The position numbers and the translations under genes were made by a program. From Pirellula staleyi DSM 6068 (GTDB lineage: Bacteria; Planctomycetota; Planctomycetia; Pirellulales; Pirellulaceae), in the NCBI GenBank assembly GCA_000025185.1, contig CP001848.1:960001-992000 (forward strand): DNA of 32,000 nt. The letters are read 5' to 3'. Within the stretch, counting starts at the first letter, position 1. The number at the start of each line of letters is the position of its first letter. The notes under the pieces were generated by a model. It was not told the DNA's origin, searched no databases, and saw only the letters and a list, made by a program, of their open reading frames with translations. This document shows positions 18,452-25,425 of this stretch, in pieces.

Positions 18452-18871
18452 CTACTTGCTTTGCACGTCGAACTGATAGTCGTTCGCGCCGCTGGTGGTC
18501 ACTTCGGCCGTCAGCGTGGTGTTGGTGTTGAAGCGCTCGGGAATCACGTTCACTTGATTCTCGGTCTGCATCTCCCCTTCCCCCATCGTGACGGTTTGAT
18601 ACTGACAAATCTCGACGCGCCGCGCGCCTGCTTCGGCTTCCCCCTTAAACGCACCACCCACGATATCGACCCGATCGAGACTTCCGCTGCTCACCGTCCG
18701 GAAGAAGATCACCCCGGCTGGCATCGGCTGTCCATCGAGTGTCACCGTCCCGCTCACGGGATACTTCTTCGCCGACGCAGGTTCGCCGCTACAGCCAACC
18801 ATACCGGCGAGAATCGCCACAGCAGCAATCAGGGGAACCAGCGATTTCATCCAAACCATCGAGCTAGGCAT
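18452..18871 (-). CDS. Small lipoprotein L1, partner of DUF1559 protein (carboxypeptidase-regulatory-like / Ig-like beta domain)
   Basis: Lipobox LAGMVGC. Conserved with L2 in VSGTVTL(D/N)GQPM..G.I.F and (I/P)P.R(F/Y)NT..TL.A.V..(S/G)G(A/E)N...F(D/E). Alternative starts are ATG 18859 and ATG 18850 (MKSLVPL...). Confidence 0.75.
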   Translation of the reverse strand: MPSSMVWMKSLVPLIAAVAILAGMVGCSGEPASAKKYPVSGTVTLDGQPMPAGVIFFRTVSSGSLDRVDIVGGAFKGEAEAGARRVEICQYQTVTMGEGEMQTENQVNVIPERFNTNTTLTAEVTTSGANDYQFDVQSK

Positions 18872-18964
18872 AGGAGAGGACCTTTCGTAGAAAAAAAGAG
18901 CGAGCCACTTCGACCGTCGAAATGGCTCGCTGCAAAAATCGTCGCGACCGCGAAGCGGCAGATA

Positions 18965-19990
18965 CTAGAAATCGGTCAGTGGCAAACCATCGTCGCGAGT
19001 GACGAGGCGAGCCAAGTTGTCGAGCGTCATGGTTTGGTTCAGGAAGCGAACCGAGCCATCGCCGAGCAGTGCATTCACGCCACCAGGGTGAGGCGAATTG
19101 AGTGGAACGTTAGCCGAACCATCGCCACCCACACCGGTGGTGCCACGCGTGGCATGATCCCAGTTGTTCTTCATCAGGTTGATGCTGTAGCGGATCGTCG
19201 TCATGTTGAACGGACGACAATCGGCGTTGTAGAACGCAGGATTTCCGCCTGGGATACCAGTCGACTTAATACCAGCCGACCAGCCCCACTGATCGCTTCC
19301 GCGCCAATCCTTTTTGTTGTTATTCAGGTCGGTGAAGAAGTTACTCATCTCACCCACCACCAGCGTGTTGCTGCTGCCGTCGGTCATGCTGGCAAACGAG
19401 GTTTGGCTGAGTGGATGAAGCACACCGCTGGCACTCGTGATGCCATAGGTGCTGCTGGTTTCCGTGCGCGTTTCGGTGTAGTTCGGAATCAGGCCATTCA
19501 CCGCGCCAGCGATACCGACATAGTTGGTCGTGGCGGTCGTGGTTTGGCTAACACAGAACTTCTGCAGTGGCGACGAAGGGCAAATAAAGCCCGGGATCAC
19601 CAGCTTGTTACGGACCGCAATATTATTGGTATTGAAAATGCCAGATTGATTATTGAACTGCCAGTTGGAATAGACCGTTTGTTGTTCCATGAAAGGGAGC
19701 AGGTAGACGAGCCACGAGCTTCCCCAGCCGTTGGCGGTGGTGCCACCAAAGGGAGCTTGATCGCTCGCACCACCCGGTGGAAAGCGATTGTTGGTGTCGT
19801 GGTGATTGTGCAGCGCAAGGCCCATCTGTTTCAGATTGTTTTGGCACTGCATACGACGGGCAGCTTCGCGAGCTGCTTGCACTGCTGGCAGAAGGAGAGC
19901 TACCAGAACGCCAATAATGGCGATCACAACGAGCAGTTCCACCAGCGTGAAACCAGCGCGTCGTGGCGAAAAACGAGAAAAAATTGACAC
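18965..19990 (-). CDS. DUF1559 protein 1: prepilin-type N-terminal cleavage/methylation domain + H-X9-DG C-terminus
   Basis: 341 aa. Class III signal [37 protein letters not shown], then NNLKQMGLALHNHHD, and C-terminal [17 protein letters not shown] (H-X9-DG). GTG start at 19988-19990 with GGAG 9 nt upstream. Confidence 0.9.
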   Translation of the reverse strand: MSIFSRFSPRRAGFTLVELLVVIAIIGVLVALLLPAVQAAREAARRMQCQNNLKQMGLALHNHHDTNNRFPPGGASDQAPFGGTTANGWGSSWLVYLLPFMEQQTVYSNWQFNNQSGIFNTNNIAVRNKLVIPGFICPSSPLQKFCVSQTTTATTNYVGIAGAVNGLIPNYTETRTETSSTYGITSASGVLHPLSQTSFASMTDGSSNTLVVGEMSNFFTDLNNNKKDWRGSDQWGWSAGIKSTGIPGGNPAFYNADCRPFNMTTIRYSINLMKNNWDHATRGTTGVGGDGSANVPLNSPHPGGVNALLGDGSVRFLNQTMTLDNLARLVTRDDGLPLTDF

Positions 19991-20649
19991 GAGCCATTAC
20001 TCCACAAACTACGAGGAAGAGAGGTAGATGCGAAAATAGTCGTTCGCATTTCCACCGTACGAGTCGGACTTGCGCCAGCCTGAATACGACCCTTTAAAGT
20101 CGCTATCGCCTGTTCCACCCAAGCCAAGAGACGTTCGCACACTTGCCCGTGCGACTGCACATAAGAGATGCAGAATGACCTGGATTTCGTGAAGGCGAGG
20201 CTGACGAGAAATGAAAGGCCGAGCTAGTGGGGCGAGATCAGCACAAAGCCGACGATCTCAAGCTGCAGCACTCCAGTTCCATCAAGCAACGCCCCTATCA
20301 TACCCAATAAATGCCTTGAAGGACAGTTCCGATCCCCTTCAAAGTGTCACAAGATTGCAACACGCGCTAGATTAATTGTAATCAAATAATTACATAAAAT
20401 GATTTACATCTAACAATCTAGCTCGATCGAACCAGTTTCTAACGGCCGTGCAGGAGCGAAGCGGAGCGATCTCCCCTCCTGAAGAACCACTTTCGATCGC
20501 GCTGCGCGAGCGTAGTGCATTTTTGGCGCGATCATCTGCATGCAACAGTGGTCGCGATCTGCGTGCAGTCCGTCGCTTGATCAAGGAAAAAATCGGGGCG
20601 AGAAACGCCCTCCCCTTGCCAAGCCGATGAAGCAACGTCAAGAAACGAA

Positions 20650-20681
20650 GCAACGAGAGCGATTTACATCCCTCTCGTTGC
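20650..20681 (-). terminator. Probable terminator of DUF1559 gene 2
   Basis: Perfect 10-bp stem GCAACGAGAG / CTCTCGTTGC with a 12-nt loop, 44 nt downstream of the stop at 20725. On the minus strand it is followed by TTCGTTTCTT. Confidence 0.5.
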
Positions 20682-20724
20682 GACAGTTCGTTGCTGGAGG
20701 CTTTCGATCCGTACGATCACGAAC

Positions 20725-21741
20725 CTAGTCGAGTTGGTTAGGCTGGCCGTCGTCGCGAACGCTGAGGCGTCCGAGCACTGGCATCGCCGTGTTATCCGAC
20801 AGCAGACGGACCGAGCCGTCGCCGAGCAGGATCATCACGCCCGAAGGGTGATTCGAGATCAGCGGGCTGTTGTTGCTCGAGTCGTTGCAGATGCCGGTCG
20901 AGGTGCAGGTGCCACCCGAAACGTTCGTCTTGTAGTTGATCTTGTAGCGAATCGTGGTGCAGTTGAAGTGACGGTTGTCGGCGGTGGTCGTGGCGTTGCC
21001 GTAACCCATGCAGAAACCGTAGATGCCCCCTGCATTCCAGGTCGGCTGGAACGTGTTCGACGTGTCTTTCATCATCGTCGACTGTTCGCCAACCACCATC
21101 ACGTTGCTCGAACCATCGGTCATCGAAGCAAACGTCGTTTGGCTGTTCTGAAACAAAGCACCAGCAGCCGAGCTGTGGTTAGCTCCGCTGTTGATCTTTG
21201 TGCCATCGGTCCAGGTGGCATTGGTCGGCCACATCACCGTGTCGACCGTGCCGTCGACCGCACCAGCGATACCGACGTAGTGCGAACGCATCACTTTGCG
21301 AACACCACCGACGTCGCGATCCACGAATTCAGGATTGATAATGCCCGAGGGGCATTTGTAAGCCTTGATCACCACGTTGTTGTAAATCGGAATGTTGTTG
21401 GCATGCACGAAACCGGAGTTACCGGTGAACTGCAGCTGATCGTACAGCGGGCGCTGTTCCATGAATGGCAGCAGGAAAACCATCCACGACGAACCCCAAC
21501 CGCCGCCGGTACCAAACGGAGCAACGTCCGAAGCACAGCCTGGTGGAAAACGATTCAGTGTGTCGTGATGGTTATGAAGAGCGATACCAACTTGCTTCAG
21601 GTTATTGCTGCAGCTCATACGTCGAGCGGCTTCGCGAGCGGCCTGAACAGCGGGCAGGAGCAGGGCGACCAGAACACCAATAATGGCAATCACCACCAGC
21701 AGTTCGACCAAGGTAAAAGCGTACCTACGATTCAGTTTCAT
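20725..21741 (-). CDS. DUF1559 protein 2: prepilin-type N-terminal cleavage/methylation domain + H-X9-DG C-terminus
   Basis: 338 aa. [52 protein letters not shown] and [20 protein letters not shown] at 21739-21741 with AGGGA 5 nt upstream. Confidence 0.9.
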   Translation of the reverse strand: MKLNRRYAFTLVELLVVIAIIGVLVALLLPAVQAAREAARRMSCSNNLKQVGIALHNHHDTLNRFPPGCASDVAPFGTGGGWGSSWMVFLLPFMEQRPLYDQLQFTGNSGFVHANNIPIYNNVVIKAYKCPSGIINPEFVDRDVGGVRKVMRSHYVGIAGAVDGTVDTVMWPTNATWTDGTKINSGANHSSAAGALFQNSQTTFASMTDGSSNVMVVGEQSTMMKDTSNTFQPTWNAGGIYGFCMGYGNATTTADNRHFNCTTIRYKINYKTNVSGGTCTSTGICNDSSNNSPLISNHPSGVMILLGDGSVRLLSDNTAMPVLGRLSVRDDGQPNQLD

Positions 21742-21808
21742 ATTAGTCCCTAGAAAAAATGACCTGCCCCGGAAAAATCTACTACTGCCTCGTGTAGTAT
21801 CAACAACT

Positions 21809-21837
21809 CTTGTAGGCTAAGGTGTTGCGTGCGTCAA
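21809..21837 (-). promoter_or_regulatory. Candidate sigma70-like promoter for DUF1559 gene 2
   Basis: On the minus strand: TTGACG (21832-21837), a 17-nt spacer, then TACAAG (21809-21814), about 70 nt upstream of the ATG. It sits in the AT-rich divergent spacer. This is pattern match only, and planctomycete promoter rules are poorly known. Confidence 0.3.
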
Positions 21838-21971
21838 TAAAATTATGATTGCGGGCGTTAGATTAACCTTATAACAAAAAGCAATTAATTCTATTTTTGA
21901 CTTACACCCTGGCCCATTCGGGCGGTTTTGCGTTCCTTTCCCTAGAAATCTTGTGTATAGGAAAAATCACC

Positions 21972-22367
21972 ATGAATAAAATACTATTTTCTCTTGGCGC
22001 TCTCGTTTTTGCCTCCACCCTCCTTATTGGGTGTGGTCCTAACGAGCCGATTGCGGTGGAAGTTTCGGGAACGGTCACGCTAAATGGCCAGCCGATGACC
22101 GATGGGAAGATCACTTTCTTTCCACCCGGCGAAGGGCCCACCGAGATGGATATTGTCAATGGCTCGTTCACCGGCAAAGCCAAAGAAGGGCTGAACGTGG
22201 TCCGAATTGGCCAGTATGTCAAAGGGCCTGTTCCCCCTTCGATGCCCGACATGGAACCACCACTCATCAACACCCTGCCACCGCGCTATAACACTCAAAG
22301 CACGCTCGATGCCAACGTCAAAACAGGTGGCGAGAATAAATTCACCTTCGAGCTAACGAACCCTTAA
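21972..22367 (+). CDS. Small lipoprotein L2, partner of DUF1559 protein (paralog of L1)
   Basis: The track ORF starts at 21897, but ATG 21972 gives MNKILFSLGALVFASTLLIGC (lipobox LIGC). It is homologous to L1 over its full length. Confidence 0.8.
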   Translation: MNKILFSLGALVFASTLLIGCGPNEPIAVEVSGTVTLNGQPMTDGKITFFPPGEGPTEMDIVNGSFTGKAKEGLNVVRIGQYVKGPVPPSMPDMEPPLINTLPPRYNTQSTLDANVKTGGENKFTFELTNP

Positions 22368-22502
22368 AGTGGCAGCCGAGTCTTCAAGCTTTAGCAGGCA
22401 GTTCGCACTTTGAAGATTACAAGATCGGTGCTATTTAGATCGCCCGATCATCTCACTACCAGCTGACCAGCACCGGCAGAATTTTTTGCCCATCAAACGA
22501 CC

Positions 22503-22547
22503 AAGCGGCGATGCATGCTGAGCGCACCGCCGCTTGTTTTTTGTTTC
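22503..22547 (+). terminator. Rho-independent terminator
   Basis: Stem AAGCGGCG (22503-22510) / CGCCGCTT (22528-22535) with a 17-nt loop, followed by GTTTTTTGTTTC. It lies between the convergent L2 gene and the helical-protein gene. Confidence 0.7.
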
Positions 22548-22590
22548 TTGACAATACTGTCCGTCACTCTGACGCGAGCGGCTGTCAGCA

Positions 22591-23898
22591 CTACACCAGT
22601 GCGCGCTCGATCAGCGGGGCCAATTTGCCGTGGGCTTCGATTGGCTGTTTCGAATCTTTCACGATGTCGTTGACATCCTCGGCCATCTTCCGCATCGTCG
22701 AGCCGATCATCGGGTTCTTGGCAAAACGACCGCGCGTCAGCTTGGCGGAAGTTTTCACCGCCCCACGTAGCGCGGTGGTCGATGTTTCGAGCTTCAGCAC
22801 CATGTCGTCGATGAGTTGCTTGAGGCGACGGAGCCCCTCCTTATCGACCGGCACTGTCTTCAGCGAGCGAGCGATGTCTTTGGCATAGCTGTTGATGCCC
22901 GTGATGTACTCGCGCGTTTTTTCCACGGAGTTGGGGGATGACTTGTCGTAGAAGATCTGCGCGAACTTATCGAGTTCTCGCACGACCGCCGCTTCATCTT
23001 TCAGCCCATCCTGGAGTGTCGAGAAACCGATCCCGGCATCGCCGATCAGGTTCGAGGAAAGCAGGTTCAGCTTCTCGCGCTCTTCCAGGAACTTGGCCGC
23101 GCGACGTTCGAACGGATCGCTGACGTTTTTGATGAAATCCTTGTCGTTTTTGATCGTCTTGGTGATGTTGCGGACTTCCTTCACCACTTTGAGGATGGCG
23201 TAGGCCTTTTTGCCGAGCATGTCGTCCTGCATCCGCTGCGATTCATCGCGAATCCGTTTGAACGGCTCTTTGAGTTCGGCGGCCGGGGATGCGATGCGTC
23301 CTTCGAGACGATCGTCCATCTCCTTTTCCAGCATCCCCAGTTCGCGCTCCATGTCGGTCAGCTCGCGCATCTTGCCGGTGAAGACTTTGTCCCAGCCGTC
23401 GATCAGCAGCAGCACGCTTTGAATTTTTTCGGAGGCTTCGGGGACATTTCCCCCTTCATTGAACGCATTGAGTGCCTCTTGGATTTCCTGCTTGGCGGTC
23501 TCGACATGCTTGACCACATCCTCCGACAGCTTGCGAGCATCGGCGGCCATTTCACCGACGAATTCAGCGACCGATTTGGAGATCAGCTTGCTCGCCTTGA
23601 ATTCCTTTTCCTTCTTGTCGCAGAAGGTGGCGAACTCTTCCATTGCCTTGACGAAGGCCTTCACATTCTTGGCATCCCCTTCGACCCCCTTGAGCGCTTC
23701 ATCGGCCCCTTCGGGCGTGTCGATATCGATGGCGATGCGATTGTAGAAGCGGGGCTTGAGCGTTTCGTACGACTTCTCCGCCTTGTCGATCTCTTCGCTG
23801 ATCCCGGTCTTCTTGATGGCCAAGAGCCCCTTCTTCTTTTGCCATACCTTCTCGTTGATGTTCTTGGGAAACAGGGGCCAATAACCGTCGATACTCAT
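22591..23898 (-). CDS. Hypothetical K/E-rich all-alpha cytoplasmic protein (no family recognised)
   Basis: The track ORF extends to 24075, but the first ATG (23896-23898) gives 435 aa starting MSIDGYWPLFPKNINEKVWQKKKG. There is no signal peptide or TM segment. Charged helix-forming composition throughout, with host-like GC3-rich codon usage. Confidence 0.75.
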   Translation of the reverse strand: MSIDGYWPLFPKNINEKVWQKKKGLLAIKKTGISEEIDKAEKSYETLKPRFYNRIAIDIDTPEGADEALKGVEGDAKNVKAFVKAMEEFATFCDKKEKEFKASKLISKSVAEFVGEMAADARKLSEDVVKHVETAKQEIQEALNAFNEGGNVPEASEKIQSVLLLIDGWDKVFTGKMRELTDMERELGMLEKEMDDRLEGRIASPAAELKEPFKRIRDESQRMQDDMLGKKAYAILKVVKEVRNITKTIKNDKDFIKNVSDPFERRAAKFLEEREKLNLLSSNLIGDAGIGFSTLQDGLKDEAAVVRELDKFAQIFYDKSSPNSVEKTREYITGINSYAKDIARSLKTVPVDKEGLRRLKQLIDDMVLKLETSTTALRGAVKTSAKLTRGRFAKNPMIGSTMRKMAEDVNDIVKDSKQPIEAHGKLAPLIERALV

Positions 23899-24265
23899 GG
23901 TCAGATACTCTTGGGAACGTCGAAAAAATGAGGTGGTCTGCGCTGGGAACACCCCAGCAGACACTACGCTCCGCGACGATTCACGTACGTCCGGTTCACA
24001 CGACGGCAGGAGATGGGGACGGGCGAATTGGCAGACTGGCAAGGTTCCCCAGGTTCCACCCACAGGGACCACCAACTCCCGTCCTCCTTGGCGAAACTAG
24101 ATTCGCTCGTTGCCAGCTCGATCTTAGTTGCATGGAGAAAAAAAGAGACGATTTTTTGGCCAAAATCGAGCTCCGCCCCATCGATTGCTGAAAAACCGCC
24201 TCCAGTGGGGGCTGTGCTCGATCGGCCAGAAGGATTTCAGCAGCGGAGATGGCATCCGTCTTATT

Positions 24266-24281
24266 TGTGAAATGTTTCACA
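24266..24281. promoter_or_regulatory. Perfect CRP/FNR-family-type palindrome TGTGA-N6-TCACA
   Basis: The sequence TGTGAAATGTTTCACA reads as TGTGA (24266-24270), aatgtt, then TCACA (24277-24281). It is also a 7-2-7 palindrome. It lies in a gene-free region between divergent genes. Confidence 0.5.
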
Positions 24282-24792
24282 GCTCAGCTGCGCTCGGCGA
24301 GGTGGCCCGCGGAAGCTGTTTCTGGCTGCTTGCGGGGCGTGGGTGCGGCGGTGCTAGCTGGGCGATGGGGGCTCGGTGCGGGGGTTCCGAATTACAGGGA
24401 ATTCATACTCCCGGGGGCCGGTTGTGACTTGTCGGCACTGCGTGGTACTGATACCTTGAAACAGTGTGTAGGGACTGCAGAAGAAATGCCGATTAAGGGA
24501 AATGTCGGCAACATCCTGGTGGGACCATCGGCGGATGGGGTCTCACAGATGGGAAACGATCCCAATGGGAAACGCTGCCCAGCGCGGGGATGCTGTCCAG
24601 TCTCGTCGGTTTCAGGATCACAGGCTCGCGTTTGTTCCGTTTCGTTCATTCCGCCCCGTTGGTTCAGCCAGTGAGAATTGCCGTAGCTGGTTGCTCGCCC
24701 GTGTGCTTGCTGATGGCCTTGGAAGTTGACGTTCTCTCGCCAACCCCCTTGGGCTATGCTCGCCCGCCGCGAGTCGGTAACCTCGCCGCGTT

Positions 24793-25302
24793 TTGAAAGC
24801 GGCTTTTGCCACCCTGGTGTGGCTTTTAGGTTTTGCCGTGGATTTTCAGCTTCATCTTCAGACTGAGACCATCGACCACCTTGAACTGGCCGCGCCAGTG
24901 GTGGTTGCTCCGGGGGATAGTGTGGCTCGAGTGCTCGAAGTGCTCGCCGCTGAACGAACCGGAGCTGCTGTGGTGGTCGAGCGTGGTCAGCTGCTGGGTA
25001 TTTTCACCGAGCGCGACGCCCTCAAGCTGATGGCCGACGGCGCCGATCTGCACCAGCCTGTCTCGGTTCCGATGACCAAACACCCCGTCACCTTGCGGCA
25101 AACCGACACGCTTGCCCGTGCGATAAGCTTGATGGCAGGAGGCGGTTTCCGTCGCTTGCCGGTGCTGGACCCGAGCGGCAAATTGCTCGGCATCCTCAAA
25201 GTGTCGCGCATCATGCATTATTTGGTCGATCATTTTCCTCGAGTGATCTACAACCTTCCCCCCACACCCCACCATAAGCCTGCGTCGCGCGAAGGGGCAT
25301 AA
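24793..25302 (+). CDS. CBS-pair domain protein (CBS1)
   Basis: Two CBS motifs (VVVERGQLLGIFTERDALKLM ... GGFRRLPVLDPSGKLLGILKVSRIMHYL). It is a paralog of the 28772-29293 protein. The track start is TTG 24793; GTG 24817 and GTG 24838 are alternatives. Confidence 0.8.
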   Translation: MKAAFATLVWLLGFAVDFQLHLQTETIDHLELAAPVVVAPGDSVARVLEVLAAERTGAAVVVERGQLLGIFTERDALKLMADGADLHQPVSVPMTKHPVTLRQTDTLARAISLMAGGGFRRLPVLDPSGKLLGILKVSRIMHYLVDHFPRVIYNLPPTPHHKPASREGA

Positions 25303-25324
25303 CCTGATTGCCCCGTCGGGAGAT

Positions 25325-25343
25325 CCGATCCACGGTGGATCGG
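25325..25343. promoter_or_regulatory. Perfect 9-1-9 palindrome CCGATCCAC-G-GTGGATCGG (candidate operator or RNA hairpin)
   Basis: It sits 23 nt downstream of the CBS1 stop and 83 nt upstream of the korA ATG. There is no U-tract after it, and an AT-rich TATTAT-containing stretch follows. Confidence 0.45.
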
Positions 25344-25425
25344 CAGTCCGAATTTCACGCAAACGCTATTATTCATTTTGTCTCGCTTCCCCAGGATCAA
25401 GTTGCGAAAGGGCACTTGGCCAGTC

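Noticed and set aside
20390-20653. 87-aa minus ORF and two ~60-aa plus ORFs in the 700-bp spacer upstream of DUF1559 gene 1
   Set aside because: They span the AT-rich island and hairpins, give Arg-rich low-complexity products, and have no RBS. The spacer is more likely a regulatory or UTR region.
20401-20670. GATTTACATC 10-mer present twice (20401-20410 and 20661-20670, the latter in a terminator loop)
   Set aside because: Many identical 10-mer pairs are expected by chance among all positions in a 32-kb window, and the flanks show no similarity.
16467-21753. Long plus-strand ORFs 16467-17906, 18410-19987 and 20734-21753, antisense to the beta-propeller and DUF1559 genes
   Set aside because: They are shadow ORFs of well-supported minus-strand genes, with no motifs and an atypical R/H/D/G-rich composition.
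24249-24674. 141-aa ORF (and 24392-24649 on the minus strand) inside the long gene-free spacer
   Set aside because: Mixed third-position usage with rare codons (TTA, ATA, AGG, CTA), no RBS, and an implausible Cys/Gly/Arg-rich sequence. I treat the region as non-coding, though a small conserved ORF cannot be excluded without comparative data.
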